Positions 28,539 to 39,207 of a stretch of DNA of 64,000 bases are shown here, in pieces (the stretch's first letter is position 1; each line of letters begins with the position of its first letter). Both the position numbers and the translations under genes were made by a program. The notes under the pieces were generated by a model. That model was given only the letters and a program-made list of their open reading frames with translations, made no database searches and had not been told where the DNA came from. This DNA comes from an uncultured Acidobacteriota bacterium (GTDB lineage: Bacteria > Acidobacteriota > Vicinamibacteria > Vicinamibacterales > UBA2999), in the NCBI GenBank assembly GCA_963724485.1, contig CAVRUW010000009.1, positions 547,666-611,665 of the forward strand. Direction: 5' to 3'.

Positions 28539-29562
28539 CTACGAAAGTTCTGCCTCGACGATGCTCACATCAGATGCGGTCGGGATTACGCGCGTCATTT
28601 TCAGGCTCGCCGCTGCCAGCAACGTCTTGTATTCACGCGCGGTACGTTCTTCACCACCGGGAATCGCCAGCATCACCATGTCAACGAGCTTGCCAAAGTG
28701 CGGCGTATTGCCTTCCGGCAGCACGAACTCGACGATGAGCAGTTTTGCGCCTGGCTTCATCGCCTTGCGGCAGTTGCCGAGGATCGTCAGGCACTGTTCC
28801 TCGCTCCAGTCGTGGATGATGTGCGACAGGATGTAGACGTCGCCGCCAGTGGGCACGCTTTCAAAGAAGTTTCCATGCACGATCGAGACACGGCTCTCCA
28901 CTCCGCGCGCGCGCAGGAGGGCTGGTGCTTCGGTCACGACGTGAGGTCGATCGAAGAGGATGCCCCTCGGCTGAGGATGTCGGGCCAGGATGTGGGCCAG
29001 CATGTTGCCGGTGGCGCCGCCAACATCGACGATCGAGGCAACCGCAGAGAAGTCGTAAGCGGCGGCAACCGTAGGCGGTTCGGCGCCATGGATGCCGACC
29101 ATCGCCTCGCTGAACCGTGCGGCCTCGTGTGGGTGCTGCGCCAGATAGTCGAAGATCGGCATGCCGAAGACCTTCTCCATCGCGGTCTTGCCGGTCTCGA
29201 GCGAGGTACTGAAACTCGCCCCACGCTTTCCACATCCACGGTCCCGCCATCGTCAGAATCGTCGATCGCGCAGATCCGGGAGCGTCGCTCTTGAGCGCTT
29301 CGCCGAGGGGGGTGAGCGAAAACTTGTCGCCATCGCCCTGCGTCAGGATGCCGAAGCTCGCGAGTGTGCGCATGAATCGATGAAGCGCGCGCGGATGGCT
29401 GCCAGTCGTCCCGGCGAGTTCGGCAGCGGACTTGGGACCGTCAGCCAGGTGATCGGCAAGGCCGATACTGGCGGCCGTCGAGATCAGCTGCGACACCCAA
29501 CAGGCCGTGCCCATCTGGATGACTTGAACGTGTGGTGGGACTGCGGTTTGTGACTCGGACAT
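28539..29562 (-). pseudogene. O-methyltransferase (dimerisation domain + Methyltransf_2 type) with one frame disruption
   Basis: N-part MSESQTAVPPHVQVIQMGTACWVSQLISTAASIGLADHL...WMWKAWGEFQY. C-part SLETGKTAMEKVFGMPIFDYL...IVDVGGATGNMLAHIL...HIIHDWSEEQC. They join if the extra C in TAC[C]TCG near 29205 is removed. Confidence 0.75.
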
Positions 29563-29638
29563 CTCTGTTCTCACGCTCCGCGAAAGACGGTAGCACGGCA
29601 GCTCATCAGGTCCGAACACAAAACAGTACGGCAATCGG

Positions 29639-29680
29639 GTGACCGGTGACTGGTGACTGGTCACTGACAACCGACAACTA
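29639..29680. repeat. Six tandem heptamers in the S9-peptidase / O-methyltransferase intergenic region
   Basis: GGTGACC GGTGACT GGTGACT GGTCACT GACAACC GACAACT read directly from the sequence. Contains the palindrome GTGAC-TG-GTCAC. Confidence 0.8.
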
Positions 29681-29687
29681 CCCGAGG

Positions 29688-32139
29688 CTATTGTTGCTGC
29701 GCTGTCGTCGTTGTCGACTGTGCGGGACGCGGGCCTTTCAGCACGCGGTCGAACAGCTTTACGCGTCGTCGCATCTCGTCGAGCCGGCTGTAGTCCTGCA
29801 CGAAGCCGTGCGGTTCGATCGGATACGGGATGAGATCCCAGTTGTCCTTCCGTAGTTCCATCAGTCGCTGCGCGAGCCGCACCGAATCCTGGAAGTGGAC
29901 GTTGTCGTCCTGCACACCATGTGTGATCAGCAGGTGATCCTTCAGGCCCTCGGCGAAGTAGATCGGCGAGCTCCGCTCATAGGCTTCCGAGTCGTTGAAC
30001 GGGTTGTTCAAGATCCGCGTGGTGTAGCCGTGGTTGTAATGCGCCCAATCGGTGACCGGCGCGTGCGCGGCACCAGCGGCGAAGATGCCCGGATACTTGA
30101 ACAACGCCATCAGCGTGAAGAAACCACCGTAGCTGGCGCCATAGATTCCAATGCGATCGCGATCGACCTTGTACTGCTTGACGAGGACGTCCACGGCTGC
30201 CAGCGCGCTCTTGATCTCGGTGTCACCCATGTGGCGATAGATGCCCGTCCGGAAGTCGCGACCGTAGCCGCGGCTGCCCCGGTAGTCCAGGTTCATCACC
30301 GTGTAGCCTTCTTGCGCGAGGTACTGCATGAAGGGGAACGCGCCGCCCCACCGTTTCGCAACACCCTGCGCCCAGCCAGCTCCGTGGACCTGGATGATTG
30401 CCGGCCTTGCTGGATGCGGCTTGGCGGGTTTCCACACCTCGGCGTAGATCGTGTGCCCCTCGCCGTCGTCGAAGGTGACGATCTCACCGGCCTGCCACGG
30501 GTAGCTACGGAACTCGTCGGTCGTCGACGTGGTGAGCCGCTGCGTCCGCGCCGATGGCTGGTTGGGCATCACATAGAGATCCCCAGGTTCGGTCGGGTTG
30601 CTGTAAACAACGGCGATCGATTTCTCGTCGGGCGACAGCGCGTAATCATGCCAACCGGTTGCCGACGTCAGCCGTGTTCGCGGCCCTCCGCCAATCGGCA
30701 TGGAATAGACCTGATGCTCGCCAGGGTGCACTTCGGTCGAGGTGAAGTACCACGTCGTGCGATCGCGCGACATCCGGAGATCGGCGAGCTCGAACTTGCC
30801 GCTGGTCAGGGCGGTCGGCTGCCCGCCGGCGAGACTTGCCGTGTAGAGGTGGAAGAAGCCGCTCCGCTCGGACAAGAAGTAGACGCTCTGATTGTCCGGC
30901 ATGAATCCATAGGCGATGTCGTCGCCATCTGCGAGGCGTCCCGTGCGGAAGCCGCGCACCCAGGCGTCGTCGTGCTCGTGAACCACCACGCGCGAGGTTG
31001 CGCGCTCTGGATCGATGGCGAGGAGCCACGCGTCCTTGTGATCGCTCGAGCCGGCCCACGCCATCGCGTGCTTGCCATCTTCCGACCAGACCGGAGCGTT
31101 CATCGATACGGCGCGGCCCTGCTGCCCGTGATCGATCCAGGCAATAGCGCCGGTCCCGGTCGCGATGGTTCCCAGAGTGTGCGTCATGACGGGCTCACCC
31201 GCTTTGACTCGGCCGATCTCGGCGCCAGTATTGAGCCGCTGCATCTCGGCGAAGCCGCTCTTGGTCACGTACTTCGGCATCTCGGTCGCCTTGGCTTTCT
31301 CGGCCGGCCCGCGATCGGCGAGAACAAAGGTCACGAAGCGTCCATCCGGGGAAAGCTGCAGATCGACCACGCGCTGACCGTCCTTGAGGTAATGGGGGTC
31401 GATGCCGCCACGTTCGGCCTTCTCACGAGCCTTACGTTCCTTGTCGAGTCGATCTGTCTTCTGCAGGTATTCGAAGAGCGACATTTGCTGCTTCTCGAGA
31501 TATTCCTGCTGATCGGTGCCCTTGGGGTCCTCGTCCGGGTTGCGCCCGGTGCGGAAGTTCGTGATCTGCCGAACGAGGCCCGTGGTCAGATCCGAGGCAA
31601 AGAGGTTGTTGTCTCGCTCGAAGGTCACTGCCTTGCCATCGAACGTGAAGTGAGGGTTTCGTTCGGCGGCATCCGTGGACGTTACCTGGCGCAACTGGCC
31701 ATCGGCGAGGGTCACGACGAAGATGTCGCCGAAGACCTCGTACACTTGTGCCGTTCGGTCGCGATTGAAGCGGGCCGTCTCCGGCACAACGAACCGGCGT
31801 TTGTCATAGGGAACCTTCGTTGGAGTTCCGCCGCCGACTGGCAGCGTGTACAGCTCGGAAACGTCGGCGCGCTCGGGATTCCAATTGAAGTACAAATTGC
31901 GGCCGTCGACCGACCACCGCACGTCCGATGGTGGCGTCCCGATCCACTTTGCGTTGTCTCGTGAGATCGCCTCGAGCGTGAGACGCGGCGAAGTATTGCT
32001 GGCGCGGGCTGAGGCCGGCTGAGGCGAGGACGCCTGGCCGGATCCGCGGCCGTCAGGCCAACGGTGCCGGCGACGACGGCGATGAGGAGTGGCGCTGCAG
32101 ATCTGGAAGACCGGAGATAGCGTGGAGAGTCGTGCGCAT
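29688..32139 (-). CDS. S9-family serine peptidase (dipeptidyl-peptidase IV / prolyl oligopeptidase-like: beta-propeller + alpha/beta hydrolase)
   Basis: Catalytic GxSxGG (IYGASYGGFF), later ...DDNVHFQDS... and ...EPHGF. N-terminus unresolved. ORF-track ATG at 32189 gives no signal peptide. GGAGG plus ATG at 32139 is in a second frame. A signal-peptide-like APLLIAVVAGTVGLTAADPA (about 32040-32100) is in a third frame. Confidence 0.85.
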
Positions 32140-32193
32140 GGCACCTCCGGCTGGGGGTCTACAAAGAGTTCAGGGAGCTCGGGGAGCATTTTA

Positions 32194-32220
32194 TCTCCCT
32201 GACCTCCCTGATCTCCCTGT
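32194..32220 (-). repeat. Three tandem SD-like 9-mers upstream of the S9 peptidase ORF, with a downstream inverted copy
   Basis: Minus strand reads ACAGGGAGA TCAGGGAGG TCAGGGAGA TAAAATG CTC CCC GAG CTCCCTGA. UCAGGGAG (32202-32195) is perfectly complementary to CUCCCUGA (32177-32170). Confidence 0.75.
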
Positions 32221-32222
32221 CC

Positions 32223-34973
32223 TCAATACGTAATGCGGAACCCGAATTGGACCTGGCGCGGCTGATAGAAGATGTTGGTCGAGTTCGCCGGCCGCAAGTA
32301 GGTTGCCGCGTAGAAATTGGCGTTGTAGTTGGTCAGGTTCCAGGTGTTGAGCACGTTGAACACATCAACGATTCCCTGCAACGAGACACGGCTGATCGTC
32401 AGATTTTTCGAGAACCGCAAGTCGAGCTTCTTGTCCCATTTCTCGGTACGCTCGCTGTTTCTTGCCAGGATATTGCCGGCATCGTCGAGCCAGCGAGCGG
32501 TGTAGCCGAGACGGAATGGGTCGAGCGTCGTCGCCACATTGATGACGCGCTCGGAGCCGAGGAAGTAGATCGCCGACAGTCGAATGTCGAACGGAAGCGG
32601 CACGATGACATTCGTCGTGAAGCGGTGCCGCTGGTCCTGCTGCGACTCGGCCCATTCGGCGTCCAGATCGAACGGGTTGGTCGGCGTGCCGCCGCGATTG
32701 CTGGTGTGGTTATCCATGGTCTTCGACAGCGTGTAGCTGCCCTGGAACTGGATCCTGTTGAACCAGCCTTCGCCAACCGGGCGGCCGTTGAATCCCATCT
32801 GCAGCGCGGTGTACTCGGACTTGCCGGTGCTCTGCGTTCGCTGGATGCGCGTGTAGCGCGGATCGCGATACCCGAAGATCGTGGGATTCCGCGGCAGGCC
32901 CGTCGCCGGATCCTGGAAGAAGTTGGCGTCGACGACCATCGGTTCGTCGCGTCCCTTCGAATAGACGACGTCGGCCTGCACGCCATACCGTTCACCGATC
33001 TGCTGCGCGAGACCGAACGAAACCTGTTCGTTGACCGGCGTCTGGTAGTCAAGCGCAATCACGATCGTGCTGGCCGGAATGTTGCGGGCTTTGTAGTCCT
33101 CGTAGGTCAAACCGCCAAGCGGATTGCCAAAGACCGGGTTCGGAACCGTGACGTTGATGATCTGCCCCTCGATGACCCGGCGTTCGTTGCTGGTCAGGTT
33201 CAGCATCACTTTGTCGTAGTAGCGACCGTAGCCGCCGCGAAGAATGGAGCGGCCGGTTCCGGTGATGTCGTAGGCGAAACCGAGGCGCGGCGCGATGTTG
33301 TCGATATCGCTGTTCCGCTCACCGGGCTCCGCCGGGTGCTGATGATCCTTGTTCGTGGTACCAGTCTCCAGGTCGTAGCGGAGGCCGAGGTTGAGCGTGA
33401 GACGCGGCGCGACGGTCCAGTTGTCCTGGAAATACGCGGCGTATATGGGATTGCTGACTTCGTACGAGGTGTCGCCTAACGGAATCGTGTACGACGTCGG
33501 CGCCGGATACGTCGACGGATCGTTGAAGTCAGCCGGATCGCGGCTGAAATTGTACGAACCATAGGCTGGCTGCGGGAACGCGCCCCAGAAGCTCGGCACG
33601 AAGATTTGCAGTCCCGCCTTCAGGTTGTGCTCGCCTTTGAGATCGGGCACGAAGTACGAGAGCGATTGATTGATCTGGGTGTTCATCTCCTTCCACCACT
33701 GTGGCGAGTTGGTGGGTGAGCCCAGGGTCGCTGACGGAAAGTTGAGCCGCGGTGTTGGCGAATTCGAGTTCAGCCGGTTGTCGATCCGCGAAAATCCCCC
33801 ACGCACCTCGTAGAGAAGGCGCGGGGTCACGACCCATGTGTCGCCGATCGAGACGTCGATGTTGTCGGACGGGCGGGAGTAGCCGCCGGAGATCGTGGTG
33901 CGGGTGTCCACGTCCACGTTGATCTGATCCCAGTTGTAGAGCGAGCCCCGCACGAACATCCGGTGCTGCGCATTCAACTGCACGTCCGCGCGAGCCGTCA
34001 CATAGTGCCGCGTGATGTCCTGCGGAACGTCCACGTCGAATTGTGAAAAGCCGGTGTTGGGGCGGGAGGTAATCGACCGGTCTTGAAACTCGTAGCTCCC
34101 GAAGAAGTGGGCTTTATCGCGGAGGATGGGTCCGCCGCCATTGAAGCCGACCTGCTTTTCGTTGAACGGCGAGACCGCGCCGGTGAACGGGTTGTCGGCA
34201 TCGAACCGATCGTTGCGGAAGTAGCCGAAGGTGGTCCCGCGGAACTGGTTGGTACCGGACTTCGTGACCGCGTTGATGACCGCGCCGTTGACGCGGCCGT
34301 ACTCGGCGTCGAAGCGGTTGGTGAGCACCTGGAACTCGGCGATGTTCTCCTGGCTGTATCCGGTATTGGCGCCGCCACAGCACTGATTCGTGATGTCCAC
34401 ACCGTCCACGTTGTACTTCGCCATGTCGCTGCCCGACGCGCCGGCCTGAATGTTGCCGGGGTTGCCCCGTGCCCCGGGCACGAGCGCGACAAGGTCCAGC
34501 CAGTTGCGGCCGTTGAGTGGGAGTGCTTCAACCTGAACGGTGCCGACGCGGCCGGCGATGCCTGACTGCTTCACGTCCACCAACGGTGTTTCGCCGGTGA
34601 CCGTGATGTTCTCCTGAACCGACGCGAGGTTGAGCGTGAAGGTCAAGTTGGCGGACTCGCCAACACCGAGCCGCAGGTTCTGCTGCGTCAGCGTCGAGAA
34701 GCCCGACAACTCGACACGCACGTCGTAGGCACCGACCTGCAGCGAGGGCAACACGAACGAACCAGTTTCCGAGCTGACCGTCGTGCGCACGCTGCCGGTC
34801 TCGCGATGTGTCATCGTGAGCGTGGCACCCGGCAGCGCCGCGCCGCTTTCGTCGATCACGCGGCCGCGGAGTTCAGCGACAGCGCCTTGCGCCGCGAGCG
34901 TCGAGCCAACGGCGGCGATTGCCGCCGCAACGGTGAACGCGACAATCCAGACACGTACGTAAGAGCCTCGCAT
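32223..34973 (-). CDS. TonB-dependent receptor-like outer-membrane protein with N-terminal carboxypeptidase-regulatory-like domain
   Basis: 916 aa. Signal peptide ...AAVGSTLAAQG. LRGRVIDESGAALPGATLTMTH..TGSFVLPSLQVGAYDV. Plug region ALPLNGRNWLDLVALVPG. C-terminal ...QVQFGFRITY. Confidence 0.9.
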   Translation of the reverse strand: MRGSYVRVWIVAFTVAAAIAAVGSTLAAQGAVAELRGRVIDESGAALPGATLTMTHRETGSVRTTVSSETGSFVLPSLQVGAYDVRVELSGFSTLTQQNLRLGVGESANLTFTLNLASVQENITVTGETPLVDVKQSGIAGRVGTVQVEALPLNGRNWLDLVALVPGARGNPGNIQAGASGSDMAKYNVDGVDITNQCCGGANTGYSQENIAEFQVLTNRFDAEYGRVNGAVINAVTKSGTNQFRGTTFGYFRNDRFDADNPFTGAVSPFNEKQVGFNGGGPILRDKAHFFGSYEFQDRSITSRPNTGFSQFDVDVPQDITRHYVTARADVQLNAQHRMFVRGSLYNWDQINVDVDTRTTISGGYSRPSDNIDVSIGDTWVVTPRLLYEVRGGFSRIDNRLNSNSPTPRLNFPSATLGSPTNSPQWWKEMNTQINQSLSYFVPDLKGEHNLKAGLQIFVPSFWGAFPQPAYGSYNFSRDPADFNDPSTYPAPTSYTIPLGDTSYEVSNPIYAAYFQDNWTVAPRLTLNLGLRYDLETGTTNKDHQHPAEPGERNSDIDNIAPRLGFAYDITGTGRSILRGGYGRYYDKVMLNLTSNERRVIEGQIINVTVPNPVFGNPLGGLTYEDYKARNIPASTIVIALDYQTPVNEQVSFGLAQQIGERYGVQADVVYSKGRDEPMVVDANFFQDPATGLPRNPTIFGYRDPRYTRIQRTQSTGKSEYTALQMGFNGRPVGEGWFNRIQFQGSYTLSKTMDNHTSNRGGTPTNPFDLDAEWAESQQDQRHRFTTNVIVPLPFDIRLSAIYFLGSERVINVATTLDPFRLGYTARWLDDAGNILARNSERTEKWDKKLDLRFSKNLTISRVSLQGIVDVFNVLNTWNLTNYNANFYAATYLRPANSTNIFYQPRQVQFGFRITY

Positions 34974-35181
34974 TTCGCCCTCCTCTCAAGCCAATGGGAA
35001 ACGATCCGTTTGAAACCTCGTACTCGCGCGGAGCATTCGGGATGACGGGATCGTGGGAGGAGACACCGGCCCGTCACACGAGTCAAGAGGCTCAGACAGC
35101 TAGTGATGCGAAACATGGGACGACCGGTGCGTAGTCTGGGATGAATCGGATCCGCCCCGCAACCTCGTCCGTGCCGCTAGC

Positions 35182-36672
35182 TCAGCGTGAGGCTGGTTTG
35201 ATGGTTGATGCGGGTACGGGTGGCACCTTTTGAACAATCCCTTTCTCGAGAACCATCCTCTCCATGTCATCGAGCTCCATCGGAATGAAGTTCGTGAAGT
35301 TCTCGACGCCGGTTTCGGTGACGACCACAGTGTCCTCGAATCGCAGGTATAGGTTCTCTTCTCGAACCCAGAGCTGTGGATCGATCGAGAAAACCTGGCC
35401 GGGCTTGAGCGGACCATTGCGATAGCCACCAACGTCGTGCACAGCCATGCCGACCGTGTGCGAGAACACGCCGCCGCCGGTGTCGACGAGGGTGCGCGCC
35501 GCCTGTTCGTAAAGCGGTTTTGAGAACTTGGTGCGCGCAAAGACCGGCTCCATCGCCTTCTTGGCTTCATCGTGGATCTGTGTAGCGGTCACGCCTGGAC
35601 GAATACGCGTCAATACGGCCTTGTGAAACTCCAGCACGAATTGGAGCAGCTCGCGCTGCTGTGCGGTGTACTTGCCGTTGACTGGCCACACTCTGCCGAT
35701 GTCGCTCACGTAGTAGCGATAGTCCGGCGCAAAGTCCATCAACACCAGGTCGCCATCCTTCAGCGTCGACGTGTTGCGAAAGTAGTGCATGTTGTTGATG
35801 TTGTCCGTGCCGCTGGCCGTGATCGACCGATAGCCTTCGAGCCGGGCGTCGTTGACGAGAAACACGTAACGCGCCGCCGCGTCGAGTTGGTACTCGGTGA
35901 CACCCGGCTCGGTGCTCCGCATTGCTTCCATCAGGCCGAGCCCGGCCAGCTGCGACGCTCGCCGCACCATCGCGATCTCGCGAGGGCTCTTGACGCTCCG
36001 CAGCTCGTCGAGAACGGGATTGAGGTTTCGCAGTTCTGATCGCGGATGACGCGCGCGAAGCAGCTCCACGAAGCGGCGTTGGCGCGAGCCCGTGCCGTCC
36101 CAGGGATCGTTGACGCGAGCAGTCTCCGCCGCCACGAGCTCGCCACGGCTTTGCCCCTGGTTCTCGGCTGGACTGAATTCCGCAAAGATCGTCGCCGCGG
36201 CCTGGTTGCGTGGGTTGCCAGTCGATGCTGTCGCGTCAGTGCTGATCAGCGGCCAGTTGGTGTCCACCATTTGCTGCAACGGCTTGACTTCGTCCACCCC
36301 GGAGATCCGCCGCACGAGGTCGGCATCCTCCGCCGACAGGACGCGACCTTCCGCCGCTTCGAGCCGAGGGTTCCGGGCTGGGAGGTAGATCGTGACCTTC
36401 CTGGTACGGCCGTCCAGCAACAGGTAGGCGCCAGGCGTCTCGATGCCCGACAGGTAATAGAAAGTGTTGTGCTGTCGCGGCAGCGTGAATCCCTCGGTTT
36501 GAGGCACACCCTGCACAACCGCAATCGCCGTCGACCCGATGTGCTCGAACACCGCGGCATGCCGGCTGCGAAATTCTTCGGACGGAAAGTCGGTCTGGTA
36601 GTACTGCGCGTGTGAGTCGGCACTCAGGAGCAACAGCGCGACGGCAGTCCAGAGAAAGAGTTTGGCGGGCAT
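35182..36672 (-). CDS. Secreted Xaa-Pro aminopeptidase (M24B family)
   Basis: Signal peptide MPAKLFLWTAVALLLLSADSHA. AMP_N-like N-domain. Pita-bread motifs DLVLMDFAPDYRYYVSDIGR, HTVGMAVHDVGG, FSIDPQLW...RFEDTVVVT. Confidence 0.85.
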   Translation of the reverse strand: MPAKLFLWTAVALLLLSADSHAQYYQTDFPSEEFRSRHAAVFEHIGSTAIAVVQGVPQTEGFTLPRQHNTFYYLSGIETPGAYLLLDGRTRKVTIYLPARNPRLEAAEGRVLSAEDADLVRRISGVDEVKPLQQMVDTNWPLISTDATASTGNPRNQAAATIFAEFSPAENQGQSRGELVAAETARVNDPWDGTGSRQRRFVELLRARHPRSELRNLNPVLDELRSVKSPREIAMVRRASQLAGLGLMEAMRSTEPGVTEYQLDAAARYVFLVNDARLEGYRSITASGTDNINNMHYFRNTSTLKDGDLVLMDFAPDYRYYVSDIGRVWPVNGKYTAQQRELLQFVLEFHKAVLTRIRPGVTATQIHDEAKKAMEPVFARTKFSKPLYEQAARTLVDTGGGVFSHTVGMAVHDVGGYRNGPLKPGQVFSIDPQLWVREENLYLRFEDTVVVTETGVENFTNFIPMELDDMERMVLEKGIVQKVPPVPASTIKPASR

Positions 36673-36776
36673 GTCTGCTTCTCCCAGTCCCGGGATACTA
36701 GCCCAGGAGACCTAACCTACTATTCCCCACATCGTCTAAGGCTCGATCGGGACAGGACGAAGAAAAGGAACCCCAC

Positions 36777-39201
36777 ATGCAGCGCACCTTGATGCTCCAG
36801 GACTTCACGCAGGACGTCCGCATCGCGTTCCGCAGCTTGCTGCGCGCGCCGATCCTGACCTTGACGATCCTCGGCACCGTGGGCCTGGGCATCGGCGCGA
36901 CGACGGCGATTTTCAGCGCCGTGGATGCGGCACTCTTGCGTCCGCTGCCGGTACTCGGCGCCTGACGAGCTCGTGCGCATCTACACCGACACACCTCCGT
37001 TCAGGTTCCGGTTCTCAGTCGCCGACTATCTCGCCTTGCAATCGCAACAGACGCACTTCGCGCAGATCGCGACCTACACCGGCCGCGCGATGACCTTCAG
37101 TGATGGGACTGTCGCGGAGCTGCTGCGCGGATCCTTCGTCTCGACGACGTATTTTTCGCTGCTGGGAATCCGGCCGGCGATAGGTCGTGACTTTACGGAA
37201 GTCGATGGACGTCCCGGAAGTCCGGCCGTCGTGCTCGTGAGCCACGCTTTCTGGCAGCAACGTCTTGGCGCTCGCGCCGACGCGATTGGGCGGCCGATAC
37301 GACTCGATGGTGCCGACTACACCGTCGTCGGAGCCCTGCCGCAACAGTTGGGGCCGCTCGAGCGAAACCAGGAGTTTTTCGTCGCGCAGCAGTTCTCGCC
37401 GCCGCCGCGACGAGGTCCGTTCTTGCATACGGTGATCGCTCGGTTCCGGCCCGGAGTGGACCACGCTGCTGCAGCCGAAGAGCTCCGCGCCATCAACAAG
37501 CGAATCTTCCCAATCTGGAAGTCGTCGTACCAGGACGACAAGGCCACGTGGAGCATGATGGATCTCAAGACCCATGTCGTCGGGGACGTGTCGAACGTTG
37601 CCGGTCTCGCGCTCGCGGCGGTCGCGCTGGTCTGGATCATCGCCTGCACGAACGCTTCGAACCTGCTCGTCGCTCGCGTGACGAGCCGGCGCCGCGAACT
37701 GGCGGTGCGCGCCGCTCTCGGTGCCTCGCGCAGCCGCGTCGTGCGCTACCTGCTTGCGGAGAGCAGTGTGCTCGCCGTGGGCTCCATGATGGTTGGTGTT
37801 CTCTTCGCGAGCCTCGGCATGCAGCTTCTGCGCGGAGTCGGAGCCAACTACTTTCCCAGAATGCAGGAGATCGCTTTCGGGGGGCCAGTCCTCTGGTTGC
37901 TGGCTGGCCTGATGGTCACGAGCGGCCTGATGTTCGGCCTCGTCCCCGCACTGCACGGGACGAGCGGGCCAATGGACGACTCGCTACGTTCGATCGGACG
38001 GTCGTCGACCGGTAGCCTTGCCGTCCGGCGCTTGCGCAGGGTGCTGGTTGGCAGCCAATTCGCCGTCGCGACACCGCTGCTGGTCGTTGCGGGGCTGCTC
38101 CTCGCCAGCCTGAACCAGTTGAGACACGTCGATCTTGGCTTCGACAGCCGCAACCTGATCACGGGATCGGTCAGGCTGCCGTCGGCTTTGTATGCCGACG
38201 AGGGCCGCGTGCGAAGTCTCTGGGACGAGATGCGACGAAGGCTCGAATCAACACCGGGTGTGTCGCTGGTGGCGTTTGCCGACGGTCGGCCGCCGAACAA
38301 CGTCGGCAACATCAACAACTTCGATCTCGAAGATCAGCCGGCGCAGGCCGGTGAATCGCAACCAGCCACGCCCTGGATCGCGGTCACGCCGGAGTATTTC
38401 CGGGTGCTCGGCCTCACGTTGATCGAGGGGCGGCTACTCGAAGATCGCGATGCCCTGGCCGAGAATCTCGAATCGGTGGTCGTTGACCGAGCGTGGGCTC
38501 GTCGATTTTTTCCAAGTGAGAGCGCCGTCGGCAAGCGGTTTCGCGAAGGCGGCTGTACAAACTGCCCGTGGACCAGCGTCGTTGGCGTCGTGAGCAACGT
38601 GAAGTATGTCGGACTGGACGAGCCCGACCAGGGGACGGTTTATACGCCGCTGCCGGGAGGCTTGTCGCGCTACCTCATGATTCGAACTGGAGGCGATGCG
38701 CAGGCGATGCTGCCCGCGATACGGCAGGCGGTGCGGGAGTTGGAGCCGGCGGCGCCTCTGTCGAGCGTCGCCACGATTGAGGATCTCGTCAATCAGTCGC
38801 TCGAGCAGCCGCGTTCGCTCTCAATGCTGATTGCCGGCTTTGCGCTGATAGCGCTCACGCTGTCGGTGTTTGGCATCTACGGTGTGATGGCGTACTACGT
38901 CCAACAGCATCTGAAGGACATCAGCATCCGAATCGCGCTCGGTGGCAAGTCGGGCGACGTTCTCAGACTGGTCATCGGCCAGGGCATGAAAGTGGTTGCG
39001 ATCGGAGTCGCGCTTGGTTTGCTGGCGGCCTTCGCAGTGGCGCGACTGATGGCCAGTCTCTTGTTTGGCGTTCAACCCGGCGACCCCCTCATTTACCTGT
39101 CGGTGAGCGCGCTGCTCTTGACCATCGCCCTCGCGGGCTGCCTGCTACCGGCGCTGCGCGCCATCGGCCTGCAGCCTGCCGCGGTCCTGCGCAACGAGTA
39201 G
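36777..39201 (+). pseudogene. MacB/FtsX-type duplicated permease (ADOP-like) with one frame disruption near its 5' end
   Basis: ORF 36777-36965 (MQRTLMLQDFTQDVRIAFRSLLRAPILTLTILGTVGLGIGATTAIFSAVDAALLRPLP) continues as YSAPDELVRIY... in ORF 36925-39201 if the extra G in CCG[G]TAC near 36950 is removed. Two FtsX blocks. C-terminus ...LRAIGLQPAAVLRNE. No PadR upstream. Confidence 0.8.
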
Positions 39202-39207
39202 TCGGCG

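Noticed and set aside
29895-31964. 689-aa plus-strand ORF, one of the longest in the track
   Set aside because: It lies entirely antisense to the well-supported S9 peptidase gene. Its translation is Arg/Ala/Gly/Val-rich with no motif. This is the typical shadow ORF of GC-rich DNA.
32247-33479. 410-aa plus-strand ORF
   Set aside because: It is antisense to the TonB-dependent receptor (32223-34973). The composition is shadow-like and there is no start context.
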